Source of the DNA: Macrostomum lignano
Taxonomy: Eukaryota
Direction: 5' to 3'
Assembly (NCBI GenBank): GCA_002269645.1
Contig: NIVC01000530.1
Location: forward strand, 434,001-498,000
Length of the DNA stretch: 64,000 nucleotides
The first letter of the stretch is position 1. Each line of letters starts with the position of its first letter. Shown one piece after another: positions 39,601 to 51,600 of the stretch. The notes beneath the pieces were generated by a model. That model had not been told where the DNA came from and searched no databases. It saw nothing but the letters and a program-made list of their open reading frames with translations. The position numbers were made by a program, and so were the translations under genes.

Positions 39601-42600
39601 TCAACGTTTAAACTTCCTAAACAGCGGGTGCCGCTCCTGCAACCGCTTGGCGGCCGACTGTCCCGAGCGGAACTCGGTGTACACGGTCTCGTCCGCGCCG
39701 GACAGGCTGGCCATTGTGGCCGAGCGGCGCTGGAATGCGGGCGCCGATTGGACTTTTTTCATTGCGCCGCCGCCGGACGAAGCCGTCTGGCCGGGCTCCT
39801 CCTCGTCGCGAGCGTCCGACTCGGAGGTGGCCAGCACCTGCTGGAGCAGCTGCAGCTGCGACTCCTTGGTTGACAGGCCGAGGCCCTCCTCGGACTCCAT
39901 GCCGGGCAGCCTGGTGACCACTTTGAATGCGTAGCCCTGGGCGGGAGGGAGCGGCGGTAAGGTGCTGCAAACAAATCGTCACTAATCGATGGAATTCCAC
40001 ATCAACAAATCGTCACTCGTCGATAGAATTCCCCACTCAACAAATCGTCACTCATCGATAGAATTCCCCATCAACAAATCGTCACTAATCGATGGAATTG
40101 AATTCCCCCTCAACAAATCGTCACTAATAGATGGAATTCCCCATTGACAAATCGTCACTAATAGATGGAATTCCCCCTCAACAAATCGTCACTAATAGAT
40201 GGAATTCCCCCTCAACAAACCGTCACTAATCGATGGAATTCCACATCAACAAATCGTCACTAATCGATGGAATTGAATTCCCCCTCAACAAATCGTCACT
40301 AATAGATGGAATTCCCCCTCAACAAATCGTCACTAATAGATGGAATTCCCCCTCAACAAATCGTCACTAATAGATGGAATTCCCCCTCAACAAATCGTCA
40401 CTAATAGATGGAATTCCCCCTCAACAAACCGTCACTAATCGATGGAATTCCACATCAACAAATTGTCACTAATAGATAGAATTCCCCCTCAACAAATCGT
40501 CACTAATCGATGGAATTCCACATCAACAAATCGTCACTAATCGATGGAATTGAATTCCCCCTCAACAAATCGTCACTAATAGATGGAATTCCCCCTCAAC
40601 AAATCGTCACTAATAGATGGAATTCCCCCTCAACAAACCGTCACTAATCGATGGAATTGAATTCCCCCTCAACAAATCGTCACTAATAGATAGAATTCCC
40701 CCTCAACAAATCGTCACTAATAGATGGAATTCCCCATTGACAAATCGTGACTAATAGATGGAATTCCCCCTCAACAAATCGTCACTAATAGATGGAATTC
40801 CCCCTCAACAAACCGTCACTAATCGATGGAATTCCACATCAACAAATCGTCACTAATCGATGGAATTGAATTCCCCCTCAACAAATCGTCACTAATAGAT
40901 GGAATTCCCCCTCAACAAACCGTCACTAATCGATGGAATTCCACATCAACAAATCGTCACTAATCGATGGAATTCCCCATTGATAAGTCGTCACTAATAG
41001 ATGGAATTCCCCATTGATAAGTCGTCACTAATAGATGAAATTCCCCATCAACAAATCGTCACTAATAGATGGAATTCCAAATATCGGTCTGAAACGAACC
41101 TGATTAACCAGAAACCGCTGCCTCTTCTCGGCAAAGTACATCTCAGCCGTGTCCTGCGACACCAAGCTATAATAGTACGCGTTGTACTCGTCGCCCGGCC
41201 CGGTGCCGCGCTTGGCCCGAAGAATCCGGCCAAGACGCTGGGCCTCCTGGCGCCGGGAGCCGCCGTGACTGGTGATCTGGATCAGCACGTTGGCCTCAGG
41301 CAAATCGAAGCTATTATCCGCCACCTTGGATACGAAAATCGTATTCACTTGGGGATTGTTTTGAAAGTTTTTCAACACGTACATTCGCTCAGTTTGAGAA
41401 GTCGGCCCGTACAAATACGGCTTATTCAAAGCGTTGGCGTAGTACTTCAGAGCGAACACGTTGTCAGAGAATACGATGATTTTATCTTCGCGTCTAGCGT
41501 GATAGTTAATTAGAAACTGACAGACGCGAAACTTATTGGGATTCATCTGATACAACAGTGTACGCCTAGCCCAGGATTTCTGGCTGCAATATTCCCGATA
41601 AAACTCTGGCGTCATTGGGCACCAGACCTCGGCGCATTGAACCCTGGCAATGTAGCCACCGCGCTGCAACTCTAACCAATTAGCCTCGTACAGCTTCGGT
41701 CCAATTAGAAAGTTCAAATCCGCGATTTTGTCATCCTCGCGTACTAAAGTGGCTGTCAGGCCCAGCTTGCAGTGCGAGCGTACTATGGTTAGCACTCGCC
41801 GAAACATCTTGGCCGGGATTGTGTGCACCTCGTCTAGCACCATTAGGCCCCATTCTTGGTCGCGAAGCCAGGACATTACCTATGGGTGGTAAGGAGATTG
41901 TAAGAATTCAATATATTCTAATTATAAAGCCAATAGTTGTAAAGCCTGTTACTAGTGCATAGTGCAATATACCGGAAATGAGATAGAACAGTGGCTTTTT
42001 AAACAATTGATATTGGGAATAATTAAATAACCGGAAGTGGATTATTCGCAGTTGGTTAAAGGAACTGGAAATGAGTTAGAAGCAGTTTACTAACCGGAAG
42101 TGAAGATATTAGCAGTTTATTAACCGGAAGAGAAAATATAAGCAGTTTACTAACCGGAACTGGAGAAATTAGCAGTTTATGAAACGGAAGTGGATTATTA
42201 TCTTTTTATTGACCGAAAGTGGATTATTAGCAGGTTATTGACCGGAAGTGGGTTAGTAGCTATTTATAAACCGGAAGTAGATTATTAGCTGTTTATTAAC
42301 CGGAAGTGGGTTAGTAGCTATTTATTAACCGGAAGTAGATTATTAGCTGTTTATTAACCGAAAGTCGATTATTAGCTGTTTATTAACCGGAAGTAGATTA
42401 TTAGCTGTTTATTAACCGGAAGTGGATTATTAGCTGTTTATTAACCGAAAGTAGATTATTAGCTGTTTATTAACCGGAAGTGGGTTAGTAGCTATTTATA
42501 AACCGGAAGTAGATTATTAGCTGTTTATTAACCGGAAGTGGGTTAGTAGCTATTTATTAACTGGAAGTAGATTATTAGCTGTTTATTAACCGGAAGTAGA

Positions 42601-45600
42601 TTATTAGCTGTTTATTAACCGGAAGTGGGTTAGTAGCTATTTATTAACCGGAAGTGGGTTAGTAGCTATTTAACCGGAAGTGGGTTAGAAGCTATTTATT
42701 AACCGGAAGTGGGTTAGTAGCTATTTATTAACCGGAAGTAGGTTAGTAACTATTTATAACCCGGAAGTGGATTATTAGCTGTTTATTAACCGGAAGTGGG
42801 TCCTCAAGTGGGTTACTGGTGGCTTGATGAACTGCAAGCTAGTAGTAGGGCGAATTATGATACTGCCGCACTAGCACTGGCGAGATAGGCGGCAATGCAA
42901 ATGTATAGGGAAAAATACACTGCGGAGATATGAGCCCTATCTCTGTGCATTGGGGACGGCTAAGCACTGCAGAGATATGAGCTCTATCTCTGTGCATTGG
43001 GGACGGCTAAGCACTGCAGAGATATGAGCTCTATCTCTGTGCATTGGGGACGGCTAAGCACTGCAGAGATATGAGCTCTATCTCTGTGCATTGGGGACGG
43101 CTAAGCACTGCAGAGATATGAGCTCTATCTCTGTGCATTGGGGACGGCTAAGCACTGCAGAGATATGAGCTCTATCTCTGTGCATTGGGGACGGCTAAGC
43201 ACTGCGGAGATAGAGGCGATTCATGATACTGCCGCACTAGCGCTGGCGAGATAGGCGGCAAAAAGGATATAGGAAAAATACACTGCGGAGAGGATCCTAT
43301 CTCTGTGCATTGGGAACGGCTAAACATTGCAGAGATAAGAGGGGTGGCCAATCTCTGTGCTCTGTGTTAGGGTAAGGTTATAAAGTTTTACAACTGCACA
43401 GAGGACGGCTGGTGTTGCTTACCTGGATAAGGGGACGGGGGGATACACTAATTACAGCCAGTGGCCTCTATAACGGTAAAGTAATTATTACCTGAGCATG
43501 GCTGGATGTTCATATACGATATGATAAGGAGAGGGCATGCATGTACAAATTACTATATAAGCAGCCACGCAAGTACAAATAAACAAATAGACAAAAACAA
43601 ATTGTATAAAAGGATTTTTAAAAACCTTACTACTTCTAAAAAACAACTCTTTCTCTTTCAAAATGAAAACTTTTAAAAGTTGTCATAGAGACCTCTATGA
43701 GGTCTGTATAAGCTGCGAAGTGTGCCTGCTTGGAGGCGTGTCCCCAAGACACCACGAGAATGAGAACTGTCTGGTCTCATGCTGGTTGGCATGCGACCAG
43801 TGCGGCACCGTCGAAGCTCTGCAGGAGGGAAAAATTCCAGCATATCATCGAGGACACAAGATCGTCAGCGATGACAAGAAAAAGCAAGAAAGTAACCGCT
43901 GGAAAGTAATCCGCGCCATCAAAAAGAGCAACGAGAGAGAAAAGAAGAGCCAGCAGAAAAAGGGAGCCAGCAGGAGTCTGCTATCAGCTCACTTGAGTCA
44001 AGTAATTGACTCTACATTGAAGAGGATGAGGCCAAGCGGGTCTTCAGCAGCTGCAGAATTTGAAGTTGAGCTGTCTGCTGGAGTCGAGGCTGCTGGAGTC
44101 GAGGCTGCTGGAGTCGAGGCCGCTGGAGTCGAGGCTGCTGGAGTCGAGGCTGCTGGAGTCGAGGCTGCTGGAGTCGAGGCCGCTGGAGTCGAGGCTGCTG
44201 GAGTCGAGGCTGCTGGAGTCGAGGCTGCTGCTGTCATAAACTTCATAGAGGAAGATGTCCTGGATCAGTTCCTCAGGGAATTCAACGCTGGTCAGCAGCA
44301 GCAGCAGCAGCAACCTGTCTCTTCGGTTCCGGTGATTGCTGGAAAACAACTTCATCTAATTGAAGACGACCACGAAATGGAAATCCTAGAAGAGGAGGGC
44401 AGCGACAATGAGTCGCATAATGCAATTGTGCCACCTGCAGCTCCAGCCGCCCCAGCTGCTCTGGCCGCCCCAGCTGCTCTGGCCGCCCCAGCTGCTCTGG
44501 CCGCCCCAGCTGCTCTGGCCGCCCCAGCTGCTCTGGCCGCCCCAGCTGCTCCAGCCGCCCCAGCTGCTCTGGCCGCCCCAGCTGCTCCAGCCGCCCCAGC
44601 TGCTCTGGCCGCCCCAGCTGCTCTGGCCGCCCCAGCTGCTCTGTCCGCCCCAGCTGCTCTGTCCGCCCCAGCTGCTCTGGCCGCCCCAGCTGCTCTGGCC
44701 GCCCCAGCTGCTCTGGCCGCCCCAGCTGCTCTGGCCGCCCCAGCTGCTCTGGCTGCCCCAGCTGCTCCAGCCGCCCCAGCTGCTCTGGCCGCCCCAGCTG
44801 CTCCAGCCGCCCCAGCTGCTCTGGCCGCCCCAGCTGCTCTGGCTGCCCCAGCTGCTCCAGCCGCCCCAGCTGCAGCCTCTACAATTCCAGCTTCTCAATC
44901 CGAAACTCCACCCGTGCCAGCTGGAGTTGCCTTCTTTCTGCCTCCTGTCGGCGGGGCTGGGTACGAGGTAACGATTTTCGAAAATCGTATTAGAATTGTG
45001 CCGCTGTGACTAAGCAATTTTTGTACTTTTTTGCTTTCTGTGTGGAGTGAGAAATCTACCCATTTATTGCAATTATTGCTAAAACTTTATTTCAACTAGC
45101 TTTTTAAAGTTGAAAGTAGGTACATTAATTAATGATTTGATCATCTCATAACTCTGTATTCGCTTCTAGGAATCTTGCTTATAAGTTTTCAGTTTTCATT
45201 TCCAAATTAGTTTTAAAAAAAGCTCGTAGCTCGTAGTGGCAACCAATATTTTTTTGGTATCCGAGGTAAAAAAAAATTATTTGAAAAGTAGGTGAAACAT
45301 TATACAGTTGAATTTAACAAATTAAAATCAACATAACATACTTTCAATAAATTGGTGATGGTTTCGTATGCTTGGTGCGATTGATTAGGTATAATTTTCT
45401 TTCTACTGCTTTGATGCGGTGTTTCCTCATTCTTTAATTATTGAACTTTTCAGCTATATTTCTGCTTCTAAACTCTCGTCTGTATTTGTAATTCATTGTT
45501 CCATGCATTGTTTATTGACTATGATTGCACCATGTGAATTCGATATTTTTTTAAAATATATATATATAATGTCAGCATTTTTCCACTCGGTGATTGGTTT

Positions 45601-48600
45601 GTTAATTAACTATTGGCTTCATTTTGCATTTTTTACCGATTGAGTCTGCGTAGGAGGCAAATAGAAACGAACTTTTACGAATAGGGATCAATAGAATATG
45701 CATGCAGAGAGCTAGCTTAAGGGAGAACCAAAAAAATATAACCAGCATCTACTAGCTTGTAAGTGTGGATATTGTACCAGTATTGCAGCAATAAAGACTT
45801 ACGAAAAAAGATTTCAAATATTCACTCCCAGTTGCTTATGACACTCAGTTGCAGCCAGTAAACACTGTCAGCTTTTAACTGCTTGCCTTTTCTATGGTTG
45901 AGCACTCCTGGATGGAGCAGGAGAATGACCACTCATGGATGGAGAATGACCACTCATGGATGGAGAATGACCACTCATGGATGGAGAATGACCACTCATG
46001 GATGGAGAATGGCCACTCGTGGATGGAGGATGACCACTCGTGGATCGAGTATGACCACCCTTGGGTGGACCATGACGTCAGCAGCGAGTCAGCAGCCAGC
46101 AGCGAGTCGGCAGCCAGCAGCGAGTCGGCAGCCAGCAGCGAGTCAGCAGCCAGCAGCGAGTCAGCAGCCAGCAGCGAGTCAGCAGCCAGCAGCGAGTCAG
46201 CAGCCAGCAGCGAGTCAGCAGCCAACAGCGAGTCGGTGACTGATGCACACCAAGGTAAGTGCCTTTATTTATCCTTTTCAACTTACTTAAAAATTTTCTT
46301 ATCAATGCGATGTATATTATGCAGTCTAAAATTTTAGTCCAAAGAATGGGAGAAGGGGAGATAAAAGACTTTATACCGGTAGGGTTGTACATGTATGCTT
46401 GGGTACAGACGTTTAGTTTAGTATCTTTGATATTTGAAACTATAGGCAGCAAAAAACAAAAATATTATCCTAAAACCACAAACCAGGTTCAACAGTCAGC
46501 TTCAGCAGAGTTGCCCAAGCCTATGATCAATCACTGGAAATACTGAGGCTCAGATCGAGTCACCCAGACACGCTTCCGTCAGAATTTTTTGTCCAAGCTG
46601 GAGACAAAATTATTGAGGCAGTTCAGCAAAGAATTTCAAGACATCATTACAAAGTTCAGCTAAAGGTGAATATTCGAATGGTCCGAATAAGAGATGGGGA
46701 GATGCTTGCCGAAGAGGACAGATGGATAAGCTGTAAAATGCAGGCCCTAGACCTAGGTGGTGAAGCAGGCCGTTTAAACAACTGGTTGATTGAGCAGGAG
46801 CAGGAGTTGGAGAGGATCTGTAGTATGATTAATACGAACGGCAGTGGCTGGACAATTAAACAAATTAATTTTCTAGACATCAACCTTGCCAGGTACAATC
46901 CAATTCGATTTCGCCAGGGCAGAGCCGTTAGATTCAATCTTCCTGCCAGTTTGAAGAACAAAAAGGCTGTTATCAATCCACCGAGCACAGGCAAAGACTG
47001 TTTCCTGTACGCCTGTCTCGCTGCACTGCACAGCGCCGATCCGAAAGTTCAGAAATCGCCCAACAGAATATCCTCTTACGATGAATGGTTGCGTGAGCTG
47101 GACTTTGCAGAAATCTCCATGCCAGTGAGTGTCGCTGATATCGATCGCGTCGAGTCTAACAATCCAGGAATTTGCATTTCTGCGTTCTCTTGGCAGCAGG
47201 GCAGTGTGACTCTTCTCCGTCGCCGCAAGCATGAGTCAGATGACCGAAGACACCTCATGCTTTTGCTAGTTAAAGACAGCTACGGATCGGAGCACTGGTG
47301 TGCAATTACTAATTTTGACAGGTTAATGAACAGTCGTAATGGTCCCGCCATGAGGAAGTGGTGCACGAAATGTTTAACATCATTTTATAGCAACGAGAGG
47401 CTTCAAGAGCACAGGAACGAATGCAGCATTACTGCAGAAAATCCTGTCAAAGAAACGCTTCCAGTTCCAGGACAGAATGAAATAAAGTTCCGAAACTGTC
47501 AAAACACTGTCAGTCCACCATTCGTTGCCTATGCCGACCTGGAAGCCATTTTGCGAGCGAACACAGACCCTGCTAACCTGATCTCAAAGCATGAACCATG
47601 TGCAGCAGCTTTTCTTGCAGTGCCTCGTGAAGGCATGACAGGACCTCCGCTTAGGCCAGAAGGAGACATGTACAAGGTCTTTTGCAATGCGGACCCTGAT
47701 GAGTGTATCCTTGGTTTTCTCAAATCTCTTGAAAGCCTGGCTCAGGATATATTTCACTGGAACCAGAAGCATAGCCACCAGCCGGCTGACCGATCATCCG
47801 CGACCGTCATGGATGATTTCAATTCTGCTGAGGTATGTCACTACTGCAAGAAGAACTTTAAAAGTTCTACAGATAAACATTTTGACCACGATCATTTAAA
47901 TGGACAGTACAAAGGTGCAGCATGTCAAGAATGCAACCTGCGAGCACAGCTCCGACGCCGGTTTCTGCCCCTGGTTTTTCACAACTTAGGCGGCTACGAC
48001 CTTCATCTTCTACTTTCCACTGCGCTTGGGAGCATGAAAAATTGGAAACTTAGTGTTGTTCCGCAATCATCCGAGCGATACTTGTCACTAAGGGCGGAAT
48101 TCCCTGTTGCAAGTTACGTAAAGAACGGAAAAGTTGTGCCAATCATGTTTACAATTCAGTTCATCGACTCGCTCTGCTTTTTGAAGGGAAGTTTGTCCAA
48201 TTTGTTTGCTAATCTTCCCGAAGCTGAATGCAAGCTGACAATGCAAATGCTTGAGTCAAGACCACATCTTTCAAGAGAGCTACTTCGAAAAAAAGGGATT
48301 TTCCCATATGATTACCTCACAGGATTTGAGATTCTCGAGCAGTCGGTTTTGCCGCCTAAAGATGCTTTTTTTAATCGACTTTCCGATCGGGGAATTTCCG
48401 ACGACGACTACAATAGAGCAAGAGCGGCATGGGCGGCATTTCAATGCAAAAGTTTGAAGGATTATATGCTCGCCTATCTTGAAATGGATGTAAGGCAGCT
48501 GGCTGACATTTTCGAGACATTCCGACAGGCCAGTCTGAAAGAGGACGGATTGGATCCGGTACACTACTTTACTACTCCTGGTTTGTCTTACGACTCAGCT

Positions 48601-51600
48601 CTAAAGTCGACTGGAGTGGTTCTAGAGCAGCTGACTGATGCTGACATGTATCATCTGTTTGAGAAGGGAATACGAGGAGGCATGTCCTTCATTAATGTGC
48701 ATTGCGTCAAAGGTAATAATCCTAGCTTGCCAGGTTATGATGATCAGCAAGAGAGTGTAAGCCTCATGCGATCGATATGAACAACTTGTATGGCTTTGCC
48801 CTGTCGCTTCCGCTTCCATGCAGGGAATTCAGGTGGGTACCGGAACAGGAAATCCAGTTCTGGGACTCCAATCGGTTTCTGTCACTCAATCCAGAAGCCG
48901 AGATCGCCTACCTTGTTCAACTCGATCTAGAATACCCAGCTGAGATTCACGATTCGACTCAGGAGTTACCGTTTGCACCTGAAAAATCAAAACCACAGCC
49001 AGATCAATTCTCGCCGTACATGGCCGAACTATGGAAAGAGATTGCTGAACAGCGAACTGGCAATGCTGAAGCTAAGTTTCAAGCAACGGAGAAGCTTCTA
49101 CTCACCTGTACCGACAAGGATTCTTACGTAGTTCACAGCACCGTTTTAAGATTTTACCTGCAACACGGAATGCGGATCAAGTGCGTCAAAAAATGATTTC
49201 GTTCAAGCAGGAAAATATTTTCGCGCCGTACATTGCCAGCAACAATGAAAAAAGAGCTTTGGCAACTTCCGAGTTTGCTAAGGATTTTTACAAATTGAAA
49301 AACAATTCTCTCTTTGGAAAAACTATGGAGAACGTTCGAAAAAGATGCGATGTTCGAATTTGCACTAACCAGACTCAAGCAGAAACTTGCGCCTCTCGAC
49401 CAAACTGTGCCGCATTCTCGATTATCAATGAGTCGTTGAGCATTTTTCAGCTCAAAAAAGATAAAGTCACGCTTGACAAGGCCATTTTCGTTGGCCAGGC
49501 AGTTCTCGATCTCTCTAAGATGGCCATGTACAGCCTACTATATGACAGGCTCCGACCGCTGTTCTGTCATTCAGACGGTTCCAGAGACATGATGCTTTGC
49601 GGAGGTGATACTGACTCATTTTTTCTAGCTTTCAAGAATCATGATTTAACATCGGAGGTAATCCCGAAGCTTAGAGAGGAAAAAATACTTGACACATCCA
49701 ACTATTCTCGAGACCATCCGCATTTCTCTGAAGAGTTAAAAGGAAAGCTGGGCTGCGTTAAAGATGAATCTGCTGGTGGAATTTACCAGGAGTGGATTCT
49801 TTTGCGTCCAAAACTTTATTCGTTTCTCCCTGCCGAGAATTCGAGTGCAAAGATCAAGAAAACTGCCAAAGGCGTGAAGCAGTCAGTAGTAAGACAGCAA
49901 ATTTCGCATGCGAACTATGTCGACGCGTTCGAGTCCAAGCAAGAGCAGATGGTTGCCATGACAGCGATTGTTTCCAAGAAACACGAAATCTTCACGTCGG
50001 TCATGGAGAAAAGAAGCCTATCGGTGTGGGAGGATAAGCGAGTGTGGCTTAGCAGTAATCGAAGCCTGCCCTACGGACACTATGCGCTGACGCCCGCATC
50101 CCACGATCAGCTGAAGCGCATCCGACTGGTCTAGTGCGGGTGTTTAACAGACTGTTTAGTACTTTTTCTTGCTTTTAGAGTTGTTTAAATTGCCAAATTC
50201 TGTTTTAAATGTAGTGACTTGCATGTAGTAACTTTTACAAATTTGTATGCTTGGCTAATTGCGCTAGATTTAGCTGTCAATTTGTTTTTGCGGCGTGAAA
50301 TATTGATATCAATTTAAGTTTTACTTTTTATAAAGCTGTGTGGCAAGTGCGCTCATACAATATTAATTCATTTTTGTTTGCTTTGTGTACTACTTGTTTA
50401 AAATGTGTTTTTGGTTTTTATCTGACACAAATTGTTCCTGTAAATTCAATCAGCGTTTTAATCATATTTTCTCTATCACTTTTCTATTTCTCTTCTCTCG
50501 GTGCACATCGTTTGTTATAACGATGGTAGTATTGTTTACTTTCGGATTTGATATGCGTTTTGCGATACTTTTGGTGATGGGCTAAATACGTTTTTGAAGT
50601 GTTCCATAGCTGTCTGCCTGGGAAAATGAATGTAAAGAATACCAAGTTTATCCTTTTATTCACTTTTCACTAATCATTGAAATATTTGCGGCAAATTGCT
50701 TGACTTGACTTTATTTTTATTCAATGGAAAGAACTACATTGAGTAGACGCATGCTATCGGTATGCAACTGATTCAAGGACCGAGCTCCACTGAGAACAAA
50801 AGAGCCGCTGTGAAAAAGCAGACATTTACAAAAGTTTAAATTGAAAATTAAAGCAGAAAAGGATTCTGGTTCATATTCGGCGTTTGGGATAATTGATTTT
50901 AACATTAATAAGGAAAGTGCGGAATGAACTGGGAGCTGTCCATGAGCAGTAATAGTTTTAATTCGAACACAAATTGTTTGATGAGGCAGCAGTTGAGCCG
51001 GCACTCTCCGATGCAGCATAGCCACGAAGCGACGGGCAGCCCTTTTGGCGTCTGCGTGGGTCTTGGCACCGCAGATGCTCAGTTGCCCAGTAGGGTAGAG
51101 TAGGAGAGTCACTCTGGGAATCCGCATCCGCTTGATGAGCACCCGGGGCCAGACGGGCCGGTAGATCACATGAGCCATGCTGAGAGCCAGTTCCCGTAGA
51201 GGCAGCTGAGCGCCCCTGCCACCATCCAGTCTCAGATCTACTCCGCCAACCAGATTGGTCACTCTTAGGGCTGTAGCTGGTGGGCTCATTTCGATCGTCA
51301 ACTTCTTCACCAAATCTGCTTCTGCCAACTTTACTGCTCGTGTGCCACGGACACTGCTCGCTTCTTAAGTTGATGCAGAACTTTGGCTTAAGCCAACTGT
51401 AGTGCAGCAACGAATTTCTCACTGCACAGCCAGTATCTGAATCTTCAGTCGAGGGTGCTCCCAAATCTTCTAGGTTATAAACCTGTCTTCCAAGCAGCTC
51501 AGTCAGAAAAATCGACTTCCTTTCCCCATTTGACCAGATCGGACCACTGGCAATGCTCAGAATGTCTTCCGCCAGTTCCATGTACGGACGGGTTCCATCA

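Noticed and set aside
42920-43200. CRISPR-like array of palindromic 47-bp repeats
   Set aside because: Units are head-to-tail with no spacers, lie within the TIR, and there are no cas genes; eukaryotic context.
48770-49200. Programmed ribosomal frameshifting in pPolB
   Set aside because: The shifts fall at a conserved motif and in a homopolymer, and resemble the many other deletions nearby.
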